59,341 nt of DNA from positions 1-59,341 of the IMG/VR virus record IMGVR_UViG_3300038334_000010. One strand, given 5' to 3'. Made by a program: the position numbers and the translations under genes. Origin of the DNA: a virus (taxonomy: Duplodnaviria > Caudoviricetes). The stretch's first letter is position 1; the number at the start of each line of letters is the position of its first letter. A model generated the notes under the pieces. It had not been told where the DNA came from. It saw only the letters and a program-made list of their open reading frames with translations, and made no database searches. This document shows positions 40,369-50,547 of the stretch, piece after piece.

Positions 40369-40651
40369 ACTGGCGGGGACACTCTGTCAGTAGTTCATCA
40401 CGCACACGCAACCCTAGCGACTTAGCAGCAGCGACAACCTGCCAAGCCCGCCACCACGACATATGTCCATCGGCGCGCCACTTGTGGTACATCCATGCTG
40501 GAACGTGAGGATTGTTGAGCGCCCGCATGAACGCATGTATCCCGCCAGCCTGCGCCTCGCACCGCGACAGGCAAGCGCGCATGGCTTCACGCTCACGCTC
40601 GCCCCAAGCGGGTGATGGCCCCGTGTCTATCCAACGTCGTCTTGTTCTCAT
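40265..40651 (-). CDS. Second Cro/YdaS-like HTH protein, probably leaderless
   Basis: AGGIHAFMRAL..MYHKWRADG..RAWQVVAAA; ATG 6 nt after the -10 box; same position relative to the duplicated promoter as 633..920; 3' end overlaps the giant gene. Confidence 0.55.
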   Translation of the reverse strand: MRTRRRWIDTGPSPAWGEREREAMRACLSRCEAQAGGIHAFMRALNNPHVPAWMYHKWRADGHMSWWRAWQVVAAAKSLGLRVRDELLTECPRQFTAQNALYRQYALEDEGLQPHLPKPARRSSASKS

Positions 40652-40657
40652 GTGCAA

Positions 40658-40726
40658 ATAGTAGCACATACCTATTGACAAGGCAATAGATACGCGTGTA
40701 GGCTGTGTCTCGTGCGCAGCGGCGTG
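40658..40726. promoter_or_regulatory. Inverted second copy of the bidirectional promoter at ~533..601
   Basis: + strand TTGACA(40675)-N18-TAGGCT(40699); - strand TTGCCT-N17-TACTAT; ~65 bp with 3 mismatches to the left copy. Confidence 0.75.
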
Positions 40727-40834
40727 GAAAGCAGACACGCAGCATCAACGTGTACCTGCGGAGTGTTGAACAAGAAGCTACGTAGGATAGCCGGCGTAGC
40801 GCCCGGCATGCACACACTAAACGAGGAGATTGAC

Positions 40835-40933
40835 ATGACAGACTACCGCTACGAACACGACGCAGATGGCACCCTGATCGCCTGCACCTTCGCCAACGAT
40901 CCGGCCAATCCGGAAAGCTGGCGCTACGCGTAG
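40835..40933 (+). CDS. Single-unit YD-like repeat peptide (32 aa)
   Basis: GAGGAGATTGACATG start identical to the arrays; MTDYRYEHDADGTLIACTFANDPANPESWRYA. Confidence 0.75.
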   Translation: MTDYRYEHDADGTLIACTFANDPANPESWRYA

Positions 40934-40963
40934 CGCCAGGCCTGCACACACTGATCAGTCGGA

Positions 40964-43165
40964 GTGGTGAACGAAATGAAGCGATGCAACTACCAGGGAT
41001 GCGGTAGCTACGCATTCAACTTGTCGCGTGATGGGATTGACCAGCGCGATTTGTGCGATGTCCATTACTGGCAGAGCAAGGCCAAAACGGCGAGGCGCGA
41101 TGCGCTGGAAGATGCCGCCAACAAGTTCGACGGAACTACTACATACAACCCGCTGGCGGCGGACGGATACTCCAACGCCTCCGATATTGCTAGCGAGCTT
41201 CGGTACATGGCTACCGAAGAACTGTTGTGGGAATAAGACATGAAAGACACATTCCCTGAAACATTGATGATACGAGATACCGAAACCTACGATGGCAATG
41301 GCATAGGAGGCTTTGGGCAAAGAATATTTACCACTGCCGGATTCGGATATGAAAAGGTTAAGTATGTGCGCGCAGATATTTTGAACGTGCCATACGCTAA
41401 TCCATGTCCGCATTGCAATAAACAGCTAAAACTGCCGTATAACACATTGCAGAATACTCAAAGTTATCTAAAGCCCTTGCGCTCAATCACACGGTGCTGC
41501 CAGCAGTTGGTAACAGTACATCCGTGCGTTCACTTGGTTGTAAGTGTATATAAGGGCGGCGAGGTGGAAGATGATTGGGGTCGCCAAGTGACTAAGTCAA
41601 TAGCAAATGGTGAATTATGAGTGACTTTGACCACTGGTTTGCTGAGTACAACAATGAAAACCACGGGCGTAACGATGCTGCCGAAGCCGCATGGGATCAC
41701 CAGCAGCGCACGATTGATGCATTGCGGGCATTCGCACAAGAGGTCATGGAGTTCTCTCCCCTCGGGTACACCGATGGTCTAGATTTGCAAGCAATCGCCT
41801 GCAAGCACGGATTGATGGCTACCGATAGACGTGTGATGCCGTGCGCTGAAGGCTCTGCGTGTACATGCAGAGCAATTTACTCGAAGCGTGCGTTAGGCCG
41901 TGAAATAAATTGCACCCACAAAACACCACTGTTGATAGGAGGCTGACATGCAACTGACCCAGCGTGAGATTCGCCACCAACGACCGTTGCCGATAGGCAA
42001 GTGCGGACACTCGCCGAGGCACTACCTGGACTCGCGTGGCGCTGGATCGCACCTGCTGGAGTGCGCCATGTGTGGCGTGTCTAGCGGCAAGATGACGACA
42101 TTCAACGAGGCGCTTGAGCGCTGGACTGGCGAAGCGGTGCGGGCTCTCAGATATGTGGGGAGCGCGAAATGAGCGTGGACAGAAAAAACTCCAACCTGGT
42201 TGAGATTGCATCGCAGATGCTTCACGGCAGAGGAATGCCAGACTTTGATGATCTTCCGCTACCGTCCAGCGCGTCAAGAAGACTGCGAAGAGAGCTGAGT
42301 AAGCAAGAGCGAAGAGCGCACGAGCAGTGCCGGTTGTGGGCGATTGAGTTGTACGAAATCGCAAAATCGATGAAAGGTATTGACTGGAAAGGAAATACGC
42401 GATGAAGTTTGACTATAGATTCACTGGCAAGAGTATCGGCCTTCCGTTCGACGTTGGCGTAATTGACTATTTATTGTCTGACTCAATCGCTGAACAGTAC
42501 GTGGACTTTGAAATCATCGGCCCCGATGGGATCAGCATGCCTTCACACCTTGTCGAGGACTATTTCGACGCGTCCGAGAAAAGCAAGATGCGGGATACAA
42601 TACTCAAGGCGATAGAAGAGGAGCGTGCTCTAAGTTTCCGCAAAGGATACGATTGACGAATGTCCCCCAGCTTGCGGGGTGCGCGCTCTAGTCCAGCGCG
42701 CGAATCTCCACGCCGCGCCGGCGACGTGTAAGCACCGGCACTAATTACCACCACCACAAAGGAACAGTCGTGGCTGAGATGAGAGATATACCGGACATCG
42801 TTAACACAGAGTTCAGCCAGTTTTTCGAGTTTTCGACGGAGCAACGCACTGCTGTGACGGTAGTATCAGCAAAACTGTTCGCTGCCCGTGTGGCCACTCT
42901 GGCAGTTGAATCAGCGATCGCTGCGCAGTCGATCCCATGCGTTGATAAGCAATGCGTAGGCGGATGCAATGCTGCCAAGTCTGATAATGAGATTCGTCGA
43001 ATGGAGTCGCTGCTGAGCAGGGCATTGCCATACGTCGAAGCATCTGCTGAAGCCAGCCATTTTACCGATGGCTTTAACAGGAAGCCATCGAATAGCATCG
43101 ACCGGCTATCCGACGAAATCAAAACAGCGATTACAGAAGCGGTGAACGCAATTGAAAAGGAATGA
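40964..43165 (+). other. Run of small hypothetical early genes (40964..41236, 41240..41620, 41617..41946, 41948..42172, 42169..42405, 42402..42656, 42770..43165)
   Basis: Tightly coupled ORFs with ATGA overlaps or RBS; several have CxxC pairs. Confidence 0.6.
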
Positions 43166-43322
43166 AATGAATATTTTTGGTGCAAGAGTTTGGTTTTATC
43201 GAAGTTATTGCGTGTCACCATACTTTCATAGCCGGTATCGTGGCGGAAAACTGCACCACATCACGCTCGGGCCTATAACAATGGTAATTGAGCGCAGACG
43301 CAATCCAGAAAACAAGTAAAGC

Positions 43323-43423
43323 ACTCGCATAGCTCAATGGTAGAGCAGGAGGCTTATACCCTCCCCCGGAAGGCGCCGCCAGATTAGCGGACGATCATGG
43401 TTCGATTCCATGTGCGAGTACCA
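43323..43423 (+). tRNA. tRNA with TAT anticodon (Ile-UAU), 31-nt variable region, encoded CCA
   Basis: ACTCGCA/TGCGAGT acceptor, GCTC/GAGC D stem, GGAGG-CTTATAC-CCTCC, CATGG-TTCGATT-CCATG, ACCA end. Confidence 0.88.
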
Positions 43424-43562
43424 ACCTGCGCGGTGTTTGCTGGCCTGCATCGCGCCTGTAGTTCGACCAGATGCACGCATGCTGCCAGAGGGTATGCGCT
43501 AAGACAATCCTATGCGGATTCCGCGAAGGATAGCTCTGGCCAAACAAATTAGAGGCGTAGCA

Positions 43563-43886
43563 ATGACACATCGTAAACCACGCATCAAGTCCGAAACACT
43601 GCGCCTTGCGCCTGCCGACATGCCTTGTATGTTCGCAATCCCTGACGTGTGCCGCAACGATGGCAGCGTGCTGTGCCATATCCGCGTACCTGGCGAGGGA
43701 GGGGCTGGAATGAAGCCTGACGACCTGATTGCGGCCGCTGGCTGCCGCTGGTGCCACGACGTGTTTGACGGTCGCGCCAAGGGATTACAGCGCGGCTCGG
43801 AGGATTGGCTGTACTACGCATTACGCGCACTATCGCGCAACCTGCGGGCATTGCAGGACGCCGGCAAACTTGGGATACGACAATGA
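43563..43886 (+). CDS. DUF1364/YbcO-like Zn-binding nuclease
   Basis: CMFAIPDVC..VLCHIR..GAGMKPDDLIAAAGCRWCHDVFDGR. Confidence 0.8.
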   Translation: MTHRKPRIKSETLRLAPADMPCMFAIPDVCRNDGSVLCHIRVPGEGGAGMKPDDLIAAAGCRWCHDVFDGRAKGLQRGSEDWLYYALRALSRNLRALQDAGKLGIRQ

Positions 43887-45022
43887 GTGACGAACGCGAA
43901 TATGTTGTGGAGGAAGTGGCAATGATTGTCATGCCTGCTGGCTCTGCAATCTCTTGCCAAGAAGCTACCGCAGTGCGAATCAGGGACGAGGGGACAGGCC
44001 CGTTCGTCGTAGTTTCGCAGTCCGCGCGTGGCGATGGCTCCGGAATCGCTGTGACCGCCGAGGATTGGCCGGCCATCAAGCAGGCCGTTGAGCAGTTGAT
44101 GAAAGGCTGTCAGCGCATCGAACGAATGCAGGGTGGTCGGGAATGATGTACCTCAACGAGGTCGCGGCAAAAGATGCAGAGCGGGCCGAAATGCGCAAGG
44201 CGATGGCGCGATTCATGGCGAGTGGAGGGCTGATTGAGCGCCCGAAGCCGATAGACGTGCTCGACCCTGGCAGGTACGGCATGACTATGCGTCAGGTGCA
44301 GGGCAAGGAAAAAGAGCAGCGCGCAAAGCGCAAAGTGAGGCGGAAATGACTACGGAAACTGACTTGGTACCGATCAGCGGCGTAGATAAAGCCATCAAAG
44401 TTGTTGGCGAAGTGATGGAGCTACCTGCCGACCAGCATATAGACTATCTTGAAATGCTCGCGCTTGCTGCGACAAAGTACATGCGACTTTTGGGCGGGGA
44501 AGAATACACGCGTGGGTGGCTCACCGCAGCATTGGCCGACCTGGACAATCCGTTGCAATTCGTGCTTAAAAAACATAATTGATGGCTGAAATGAAAATAC
44601 TTAACCCTATGGCATGCGACTGTGAGGACGTGTCAGCAGGTTTGTGGCGCGACAGTTAGAGGATCGAAATGACAGGACGCACGACGAAAACAGCGCCGAA
44701 GAGAATATGGCTACAGGTCAACCCTGATGCGTGGGCCGATGACGATGACAATGTGGAGGATCAGGACGAACCGTTCCCGGCTGAAGATGTAACATGGTGC
44801 CCGCACAGCATAGGCGGGCTTGAGGTCGAATACGTCCGTGCCGATCTTGTGCAGCAGATTGAAGCCACGTTGCGCGACGCACTGACAGAAATACGCGATA
44901 GGATCGTCGATCATCCGGCGTATGACGAACTGACGCTGGAAGAAGAAATCGATACTGGCGGTGACACGGCTGAACTGTCTTATCTCGCCCGAGTCGCCAA
45001 TGAAGCCCTTAACAGAGAATAG
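43883..45022 (+). other. Small hypothetical genes (43883..44146, 44143..44349, 44346..44582, 44669..45022)
   Basis: ATGA-coupled ORFs. Confidence 0.6.
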
Positions 45023-45920
45023 CGCCACTAAAAAGGAGAACAAATTGTTCCAAATACCCGGACACGACATCCCACACTGGGCAACCGATGCGCTGCCAAA
45101 AGGCATCATTCGCAACCTCCCTGAAGACGATTACCACGCAGCTAAGGGCGTGGTGTCCAAATCCCACCTTGACCGCATGGCACTGTGCCCAGCTAAGTAC
45201 CGCTACTACCTGTCACAAGCCGCCGACGAGCGCACTGATGCGATGATCGAAGGTTCTGCGTTCCACTGCATCATCTTGGAGCCGGACGCCTTTGACGGGC
45301 GTTACGTAGAGCTTCCTGACTTTGGCCCAATGCAGTCATCCACCAATCGAAAGCTGCGCGACATGTGGATCACGGACGAGGCGCGCGGGAGGACAGTGCT
45401 CAAGCCCGGAGTGGTCAATAAGTTGTTAGCAATGCGCGACAGCGTGTTTGCTCATGATAGCGCCAGACTGCTGCGAGGATTGGAAACCGAGGTAACTGCG
45501 TTGTGGGTTGAGCCACAAACAGATCTGCCTTGCAAGGCACGCGCAGATGGAATCAGCTTGCTCGATGGCGTGTTCGTTGACTTGAAAAAGACGGCTACGG
45601 CAGACCCCAGGGCATGGCTAAGATCGGCTGCGAAGTTTCGCTACCATGTGCAAGATGCGTTCTATTCGCGGGCGTTTGGCGAAAATGGCTGCGATATTAA
45701 GAACTTTGTATTCGTGGTGGTTGAGGACGAGCCGCCATACGTAACCACATTCGTACAGCTATCCGATGATGACCGGCTGGCTGGTGAAATGCTCTACATG
45801 CGCGAACTGACGCAGATTCGCAAGGCGTGGGACGAAATGTACTTCCCCGGATACGACAATGGCCGCGTGATGGATATGCGGCTGCCTTCGTATGCGACCA
45901 ATGAGGTCATCAATGCGTGA
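45000..45920 (+). CDS. RecE/exonuclease VIII-like PD-(D/E)XK nuclease
   Basis: YHAAKGVVSKSHLD, GSAFHCIILEP, CKARAD..DLKKT..YHVQDAFY. Confidence 0.88.
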   Translation: MKPLTENSATKKENKLFQIPGHDIPHWATDALPKGIIRNLPEDDYHAAKGVVSKSHLDRMALCPAKYRYYLSQAADERTDAMIEGSAFHCIILEPDAFDGRYVELPDFGPMQSSTNRKLRDMWITDEARGRTVLKPGVVNKLLAMRDSVFAHDSARLLRGLETEVTALWVEPQTDLPCKARADGISLLDGVFVDLKKTATADPRAWLRSAAKFRYHVQDAFYSRAFGENGCDIKNFVFVVVEDEPPYVTTFVQLSDDDRLAGEMLYMRELTQIRKAWDEMYFPGYDNGRVMDMRLPSYATNEVINA

Positions 45921-46128
45921 GCGGAACTGGACATGCGAAGTTTCATATGATGGCAAGGAGCCATTCTTGTTCTACTCGCCAGCGTTCTACGTATCGGCTG
46001 AAGGAGAGCTACATGCAGAACGACTGCTACAAGATTTGGTCAACACAGAGTTCGCGAAGATAAGCCACCACCCACCTCCGAAAGTGTTATCAGTGCTTCC
46101 TGGAAGGCTAGAGTTTCATAAGGAGTAA
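45913..46128 (+). CDS. Hypothetical protein
   Basis: Coupled between the nuclease and annealase. Confidence 0.5.
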   Translation: MRERNWTCEVSYDGKEPFLFYSPAFYVSAEGELHAERLLQDLVNTEFAKISHHPPPKVLSVLPGRLEFHKE

Positions 46129-46134
46129 ATCGAA

Positions 46135-47022
46135 ATGGCAAAAGACAAGCAAGTAACCGTAGCTCCGGAAAAGGACACAGCAATCACCGCAGTCGAGCCC
46201 AAGAACTACGCCATGGCCGGTGTATGGGCAGACCGGCAATCGTTCGAGATGGCGCAGCGTATGGCGACGGCGTTGGCAAACTCCACGCTTGTTCCGCTTG
46301 AGTACCAATCGCATCCTGTTCGCAATGGCAGTATCGAGGACAACCGAAACGCAGTTAGCAACTGCCTGATCGCGATTGACATGGCGGCCAACCTACGTGT
46401 ATCGCCGCTGATCGTGATGCAGAACGTGGACGTGATCCATGGCCGGCCGGGCCTGCGCGGAAAGTTCCTGCTTGCGCTGCTGAATAGCTGCGGCCAGTTC
46501 GACAGGATCAAGTTTGAGTGGAAGGGACAGAAGGGCGACCGTGACTGGGGTTGCCGAGCCTATTCGCGCGACACCAAGAGCGGCGACGTGCTGTATGGCG
46601 CGTGGGTTGACATGGTTATGGTCAATGCCGAGGGCTGGAGCAAGAAGGGCGGCTCCAAGTGGGGCACCATGCCTGAGCAAATGTTCATGTACCGGGCAGG
46701 CGCGTTCTTTGAGAGAGTCCACGCGCCCAATCTTTCAATGGGCATGTACACCGCCGAAGAACTGATAGACGTGATCGACGACCGGCCGAAGCGTACGAGT
46801 GGCGCCGACCTTAGCAAGCGCATTGAGGCAGAGATGGAGGTTGTCGATCCTCCAACTGTAACCGAGTTTGAAGGCGCTGTTCAGTTAGATGAATCTGGCG
46901 AATCTGGATCGCAGACCACGGTGGTTGTTGCATCCAAGGCTGAGCCGATACCCGTGGCAGACAGCAAAAACACGGTCTACACTGAGGTCGAGGGTGAAAG
47001 CGACGAGTTGGTGCTTGAATGA
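46135..47022 (+). CDS. RecT/Red-beta-like single-strand annealing protein
   Basis: NCLIAIDMA..SPLIVMQNVDVIHGRP, WGTMPEQMFMYRA, GMYTAEE; acidic tail; next to RecE-like gene. Confidence 0.8.
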   Translation: MAKDKQVTVAPEKDTAITAVEPKNYAMAGVWADRQSFEMAQRMATALANSTLVPLEYQSHPVRNGSIEDNRNAVSNCLIAIDMAANLRVSPLIVMQNVDVIHGRPGLRGKFLLALLNSCGQFDRIKFEWKGQKGDRDWGCRAYSRDTKSGDVLYGAWVDMVMVNAEGWSKKGGSKWGTMPEQMFMYRAGAFFERVHAPNLSMGMYTAEELIDVIDDRPKRTSGADLSKRIEAEMEVVDPPTVTEFEGAVQLDESGESGSQTTVVVASKAEPIPVADSKNTVYTEVEGESDELVLE

Positions 47023-47037
47023 AACCACAAATAGGGC

Positions 47038-47922
47038 ATGACAATGAATGCTAAGACAATAGCGAAAATACTCGCTGGCAAGGTAAGCGGATGGGTTGAT
47101 TCAATCGAGGACGGCGCGGTGCGCGAATTGGCGGGGAAAAACGCCATAGTTACCGGGGGGTGCATCGCTTCGATGTTGTTAGGAGAGCCAGTAAACGATT
47201 TCGACATTTACTTCAGAGACAAGGCGACGGCAGAAGCAGTGGCTCGCTACTACGTTGGTAGATTCAACGCTACGCATGCTGGGCACGACATCCGAGTTGA
47301 ATGTCGCGAAGACGACAGGGTTAAGATCGTTGTCAGGTCAGGTGGCGTAGCAGAAGACGCATCGTCCACACAATACGTTTCAGAGGTCATGGACGACCCT
47401 GGTAACATTCAGGACGCTTATGAGCAAAGCGAAAGTTCCGCGCTGCTAGCTGACGACGAATACAGGCCGGTGTTCCTTTCGACGAATGCGATTACGCTTT
47501 CCGGGAGAGTTCAGCTTGTAATCAGGTTCTACGGCGACCCAGATGAAATACACAAGAACTATGATTTTGTCCACTGCACCAATTACTGGACGAATTCTGA
47601 CGGAAAGTTAGCATTGCGGCAGCCGGCACTTGAGGCGCTTCTTGCTAAGGAGCTAGTTTACATTGGAAGCAAATATCCGCTCTGTTCAATAATCAGACTC
47701 AGGAAGTTCATAAAGCGCGGGTGGACGATAAACGCAGGGCAGATTCTTAAGGCAGCCATGCAACTATCAGCCCTTGACCTGACCAACATTGCGGTTTTGG
47801 AAGACCAGCTAACAGGGGTTGACTGTTCATACTTCAGTGAAGTCATAAGAAAGCTCCGCGATGAAAGCCCGGAGAAAGTGAACTGTGCGTATCTGGTAGA
47901 AATAATCGACAGGATGTTCTGA
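47038..47922 (+). CDS. Pol-beta-superfamily nucleotidyltransferase-like protein
   Basis: TGGCIASMLLGEPVNDFDIYF (GG..DxD) and YDFVHC. Confidence 0.65.
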   Translation: MTMNAKTIAKILAGKVSGWVDSIEDGAVRELAGKNAIVTGGCIASMLLGEPVNDFDIYFRDKATAEAVARYYVGRFNATHAGHDIRVECREDDRVKIVVRSGGVAEDASSTQYVSEVMDDPGNIQDAYEQSESSALLADDEYRPVFLSTNAITLSGRVQLVIRFYGDPDEIHKNYDFVHCTNYWTNSDGKLALRQPALEALLAKELVYIGSKYPLCSIIRLRKFIKRGWTINAGQILKAAMQLSALDLTNIAVLEDQLTGVDCSYFSEVIRKLRDESPEKVNCAYLVEIIDRMF

Positions 47923-49566
47923 ATGAAAATCACCCGAATCGAAGCAACCAATCTGGGCAAGCACATTCGTACAGCCATCGACGTTCCTGACGAGGCCAAG
48001 GTGCTGCTGATCGCTGGCAGCAACGGAGCCGGTAAGTCCCTGCTGTTGCAGGGCATCCGCATGGCGTTCACCGGGCTTCCCGAGCGCGGATTGAAGCACA
48101 AGAGCGACATCCCGGAACTGCTGCGTACGGGCGAGAAGGATGGCTCGGTCAAGGTAATGACGACTGATGGTGACTGGTCTATCGACCTAAAGCGCGTGAT
48201 CTGGAAGCCAGCGGAAGGCGTGACGCCAGACCTTGTACTGGGCGGCCTGAACTACTTCGACCTTGACGATAACGAGCGTAAGAAAGCGCTGTTCAAGCTG
48301 ACCGGAATCAGCCTGAAGCCGAGCGACATCATGGGCGAACTGACCAAGATGGGGCACAGTGAGGCACTGTGCAAGCGGGTTATCGAAAGCATCCGGCTGG
48401 GGTTTGAGTCCGCAGCGGTCAAGGCAGACACCATCGCCAGTGAAAACCGTGGCGCATGGCAGGCCATCACGGGGGAGCGACACGGCACCGCCAAAGGCGC
48501 CATATGGTCGGCCGTGAAGCCGTCTGTGCCGTCATGCCACCAGAGGGCGCTGTCCCGCACGATTGACACACTGCAAGATGACATCAAGGCGGCTGCGGCT
48601 AGGCACAGCGCTATGTCGGCTGAGAGGGTGGCGCACGAAAAGCTGAATGCTGCGGGCGAAATGCCTGATGTCGAGGCGCTCACCGAGAAGCAGGCTGCCG
48701 CTGAAAAGGCGCTATCTGAGTGCAAAGTGGTTATTGCTGGCGCACAGGCGGCTATCGCTCAGGCATCCAAGAGCGGATGGGACGCTGAGTGCCCGAATTG
48801 CGGGACGCTGTTGCATAGCTCTGGGCCGAATAGCTTGGCCATTGCCGACAAGCATACTGATAATGATGTTGGCGTTCACACTGGCGTCGTGGCCAAGATG
48901 CAGTCGGAAATATCCGACATTCAGGAAGAACTGGCGTTCATCAAGAAGAAACTCGACCACGCGGCAGCGATCCAATCGATTCGTGCGACTGTATCCAATC
49001 CACCGACGCAGGCAGATGTTGATGAGTCTGGAAAGAAACTGGGCAATATGCAGGCTGAGCTTTCCAAGGCGCAGTCTTACCTTGCCGAATATAAGAGGGC
49101 CATTGCAGCGCTTGTTGCGTGCGACGGGCTGACGAGAAGGGCATACGAGATTCACGAGGCGATAGCCGCTGCTGTTGCCCTCGCCGAGAGCATCCGGGCG
49201 CTGCCATCCAAGTTCCTCGGCGACGCAATTTCGCAGGTGAACAGCCATTTGCTGCCTATTGCCGCAGCCGCTGGCGCTACCATCGCGCTGAACCCGAACC
49301 TATCGATGACTTATGATGGGATCGACCATCACTTGTGCTCGAAGTCCGAGCAATGGATTCTGAGTATGGGCATAGCCTGCGCGCTGGCGAAGCTTTCCAA
49401 TGCTGGCATGGTAATGATGGACGAGTTCGACGTACTAGCCCCAGCGCGGCGCGGGAAGTTCCTGAAGTACCTGGCCGACCAGCCGTTCCAGACGATCATT
49501 GCTGCTACGCTCAAAGAACGGCCGACGCTGGCCGAGCCATTCCACGTTTACTGGATAGGAGAATGA
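47923..49566 (+). CDS. SbcC/Rad50-like ABC ATPase
   Basis: Walker A GSNGAGKS, coiled coil with CPNCG hook, CSKSEQ signature, MMDE. Confidence 0.85.
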   Translation: MKITRIEATNLGKHIRTAIDVPDEAKVLLIAGSNGAGKSLLLQGIRMAFTGLPERGLKHKSDIPELLRTGEKDGSVKVMTTDGDWSIDLKRVIWKPAEGVTPDLVLGGLNYFDLDDNERKKALFKLTGISLKPSDIMGELTKMGHSEALCKRVIESIRLGFESAAVKADTIASENRGAWQAITGERHGTAKGAIWSAVKPSVPSCHQRALSRTIDTLQDDIKAAAARHSAMSAERVAHEKLNAAGEMPDVEALTEKQAAAEKALSECKVVIAGAQAAIAQASKSGWDAECPNCGTLLHSSGPNSLAIADKHTDNDVGVHTGVVAKMQSEISDIQEELAFIKKKLDHAAAIQSIRATVSNPPTQADVDESGKKLGNMQAELSKAQSYLAEYKRAIAALVACDGLTRRAYEIHEAIAAAVALAESIRALPSKFLGDAISQVNSHLLPIAAAAGATIALNPNLSMTYDGIDHHLCSKSEQWILSMGIACALAKLSNAGMVMMDEFDVLAPARRGKFLKYLADQPFQTIIAATLKERPTLAEPFHVYWIGE

Positions 49567-49567
49567 C

Positions 49568-49834
49568 ATGCAGAAAGCACGCTGGGACTACATCAAAGCA
49601 CTCAAGCCGCAGCAGCGGTATTTCCATGTATCGGCCAAGGTGGCGATGATTCCACACCCAACCAATCCGCTACTGCCAGCGGTGCCATGGGTGCAGAAGC
49701 CGGGCAAGACCTATTCCAATGTGGATAGCGCCCGGTCGATCCTGCGGCGTGATAGGCGCAAGCGCGTTATCTCCCCACGGCAGGCCAAGATTGCCGCCAA
49801 AAAATGGCGCTATGAGAACAAACACACTGTCTGA
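49568..49834 (+). CDS. Hypothetical basic protein
   Basis: AGGAG RBS. Confidence 0.55.
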   Translation: MQKARWDYIKALKPQQRYFHVSAKVAMIPHPTNPLLPAVPWVQKPGKTYSNVDSARSILRRDRRKRVISPRQAKIAAKKWRYENKHTV

Positions 49835-50243
49835 GCACCAGATTCAGGCGTCGGCCATCGCGGAGCTAAAGCTTCGCGAGCGGCTCATTCCTGAATTGAA
49901 ACTGCTATATGCAATCCCCAACGGCAAAGGATCGCGTGTAGTAACACGCATGACGCGCAATGGGCCGGTGAAGTATTGCCCGCAAGGGCTCAAAGCAAAA
50001 CGAGAAGGCCAGAAAGCAGGCATCCCAGACCTGCACTGGCCCGTTGCTCGGGGGCCATACATTGGGCTGTATATCGAGGTAAAAACGCCAACCGGAACCC
50101 TGAGCGCAGATCAGAAAAACGTCATTCCAGCGCTCAAAAAAGAAGGCCACCAAGTGCTGGTGGCCAAGTCCGCTGACGAAATCGTAACATTTGTTATGGA
50201 GTATGCGGCTTTAGGTGGTCACGTCATCCCCACACCTCCTTAG
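49812..50243 (+). CDS. VRR-NUC domain nuclease (resolvase-like)
   Basis: EHQIQ..AIPNG..GIPDL..LYIEVK..LSADQK. Confidence 0.88.
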   Translation: MRTNTLSEHQIQASAIAELKLRERLIPELKLLYAIPNGKGSRVVTRMTRNGPVKYCPQGLKAKREGQKAGIPDLHWPVARGPYIGLYIEVKTPTGTLSADQKNVIPALKKEGHQVLVAKSADEIVTFVMEYAALGGHVIPTPP

Positions 50244-50547
50244 CCACCTCGGTTGTGTTGGCCGCCAGCAAGCGAAGCAGAAACAGCGATGCATATGGTG
50301 GCACACGGCCATTCCCTATCCGGCGCCCTTTCCTGGATGGCTGAATATCCTTTGGCACTGTCTGCCAAGCTCTAATCGTGTAGATAGACACCCCGAGCAG
50401 TGAGCAAGCGTGTTTTTGCTCGAACCGCTCACCATTCGGCCCACGCACGTTCGAGCACAGCAGCCCGAGCAACGCGCGAACCTCATCGTGCGGCGGTATG
50501 CGTGACGCATCCAGTCGGGCATTCGGCAGTCGTGGCAGTACGATCAT
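50224..50547 (-). CDS. HTH-like protein
   Basis: QKHACSLLGVSIYTIRAW. Confidence 0.55.
   Translation of the reverse strand: MIVLPRLPNARLDASRIPPHDEVRALLGLLCSNVRGPNGERFEQKHACSLLGVSIYTIRAWQTVPKDIQPSRKGRRIGNGRVPPYASLFLLRLLAANTTEVAKEVWG

Noticed and set aside
40593-41015. ORFs 40593..41015(-), 40712..40933(+) long form and 395..598(+)
   Set aside because: They run through promoter and boundary elements; the conserved RBS points to ATG 40835
43353-43359. Suppressor (TTA/CTA anticodon) reading of the tRNA and genome recoding
   Set aside because: The 5-bp stem fixes the 7-nt loop CTTATAC with TAT central; genes end normally in TAA, TAG and TGA
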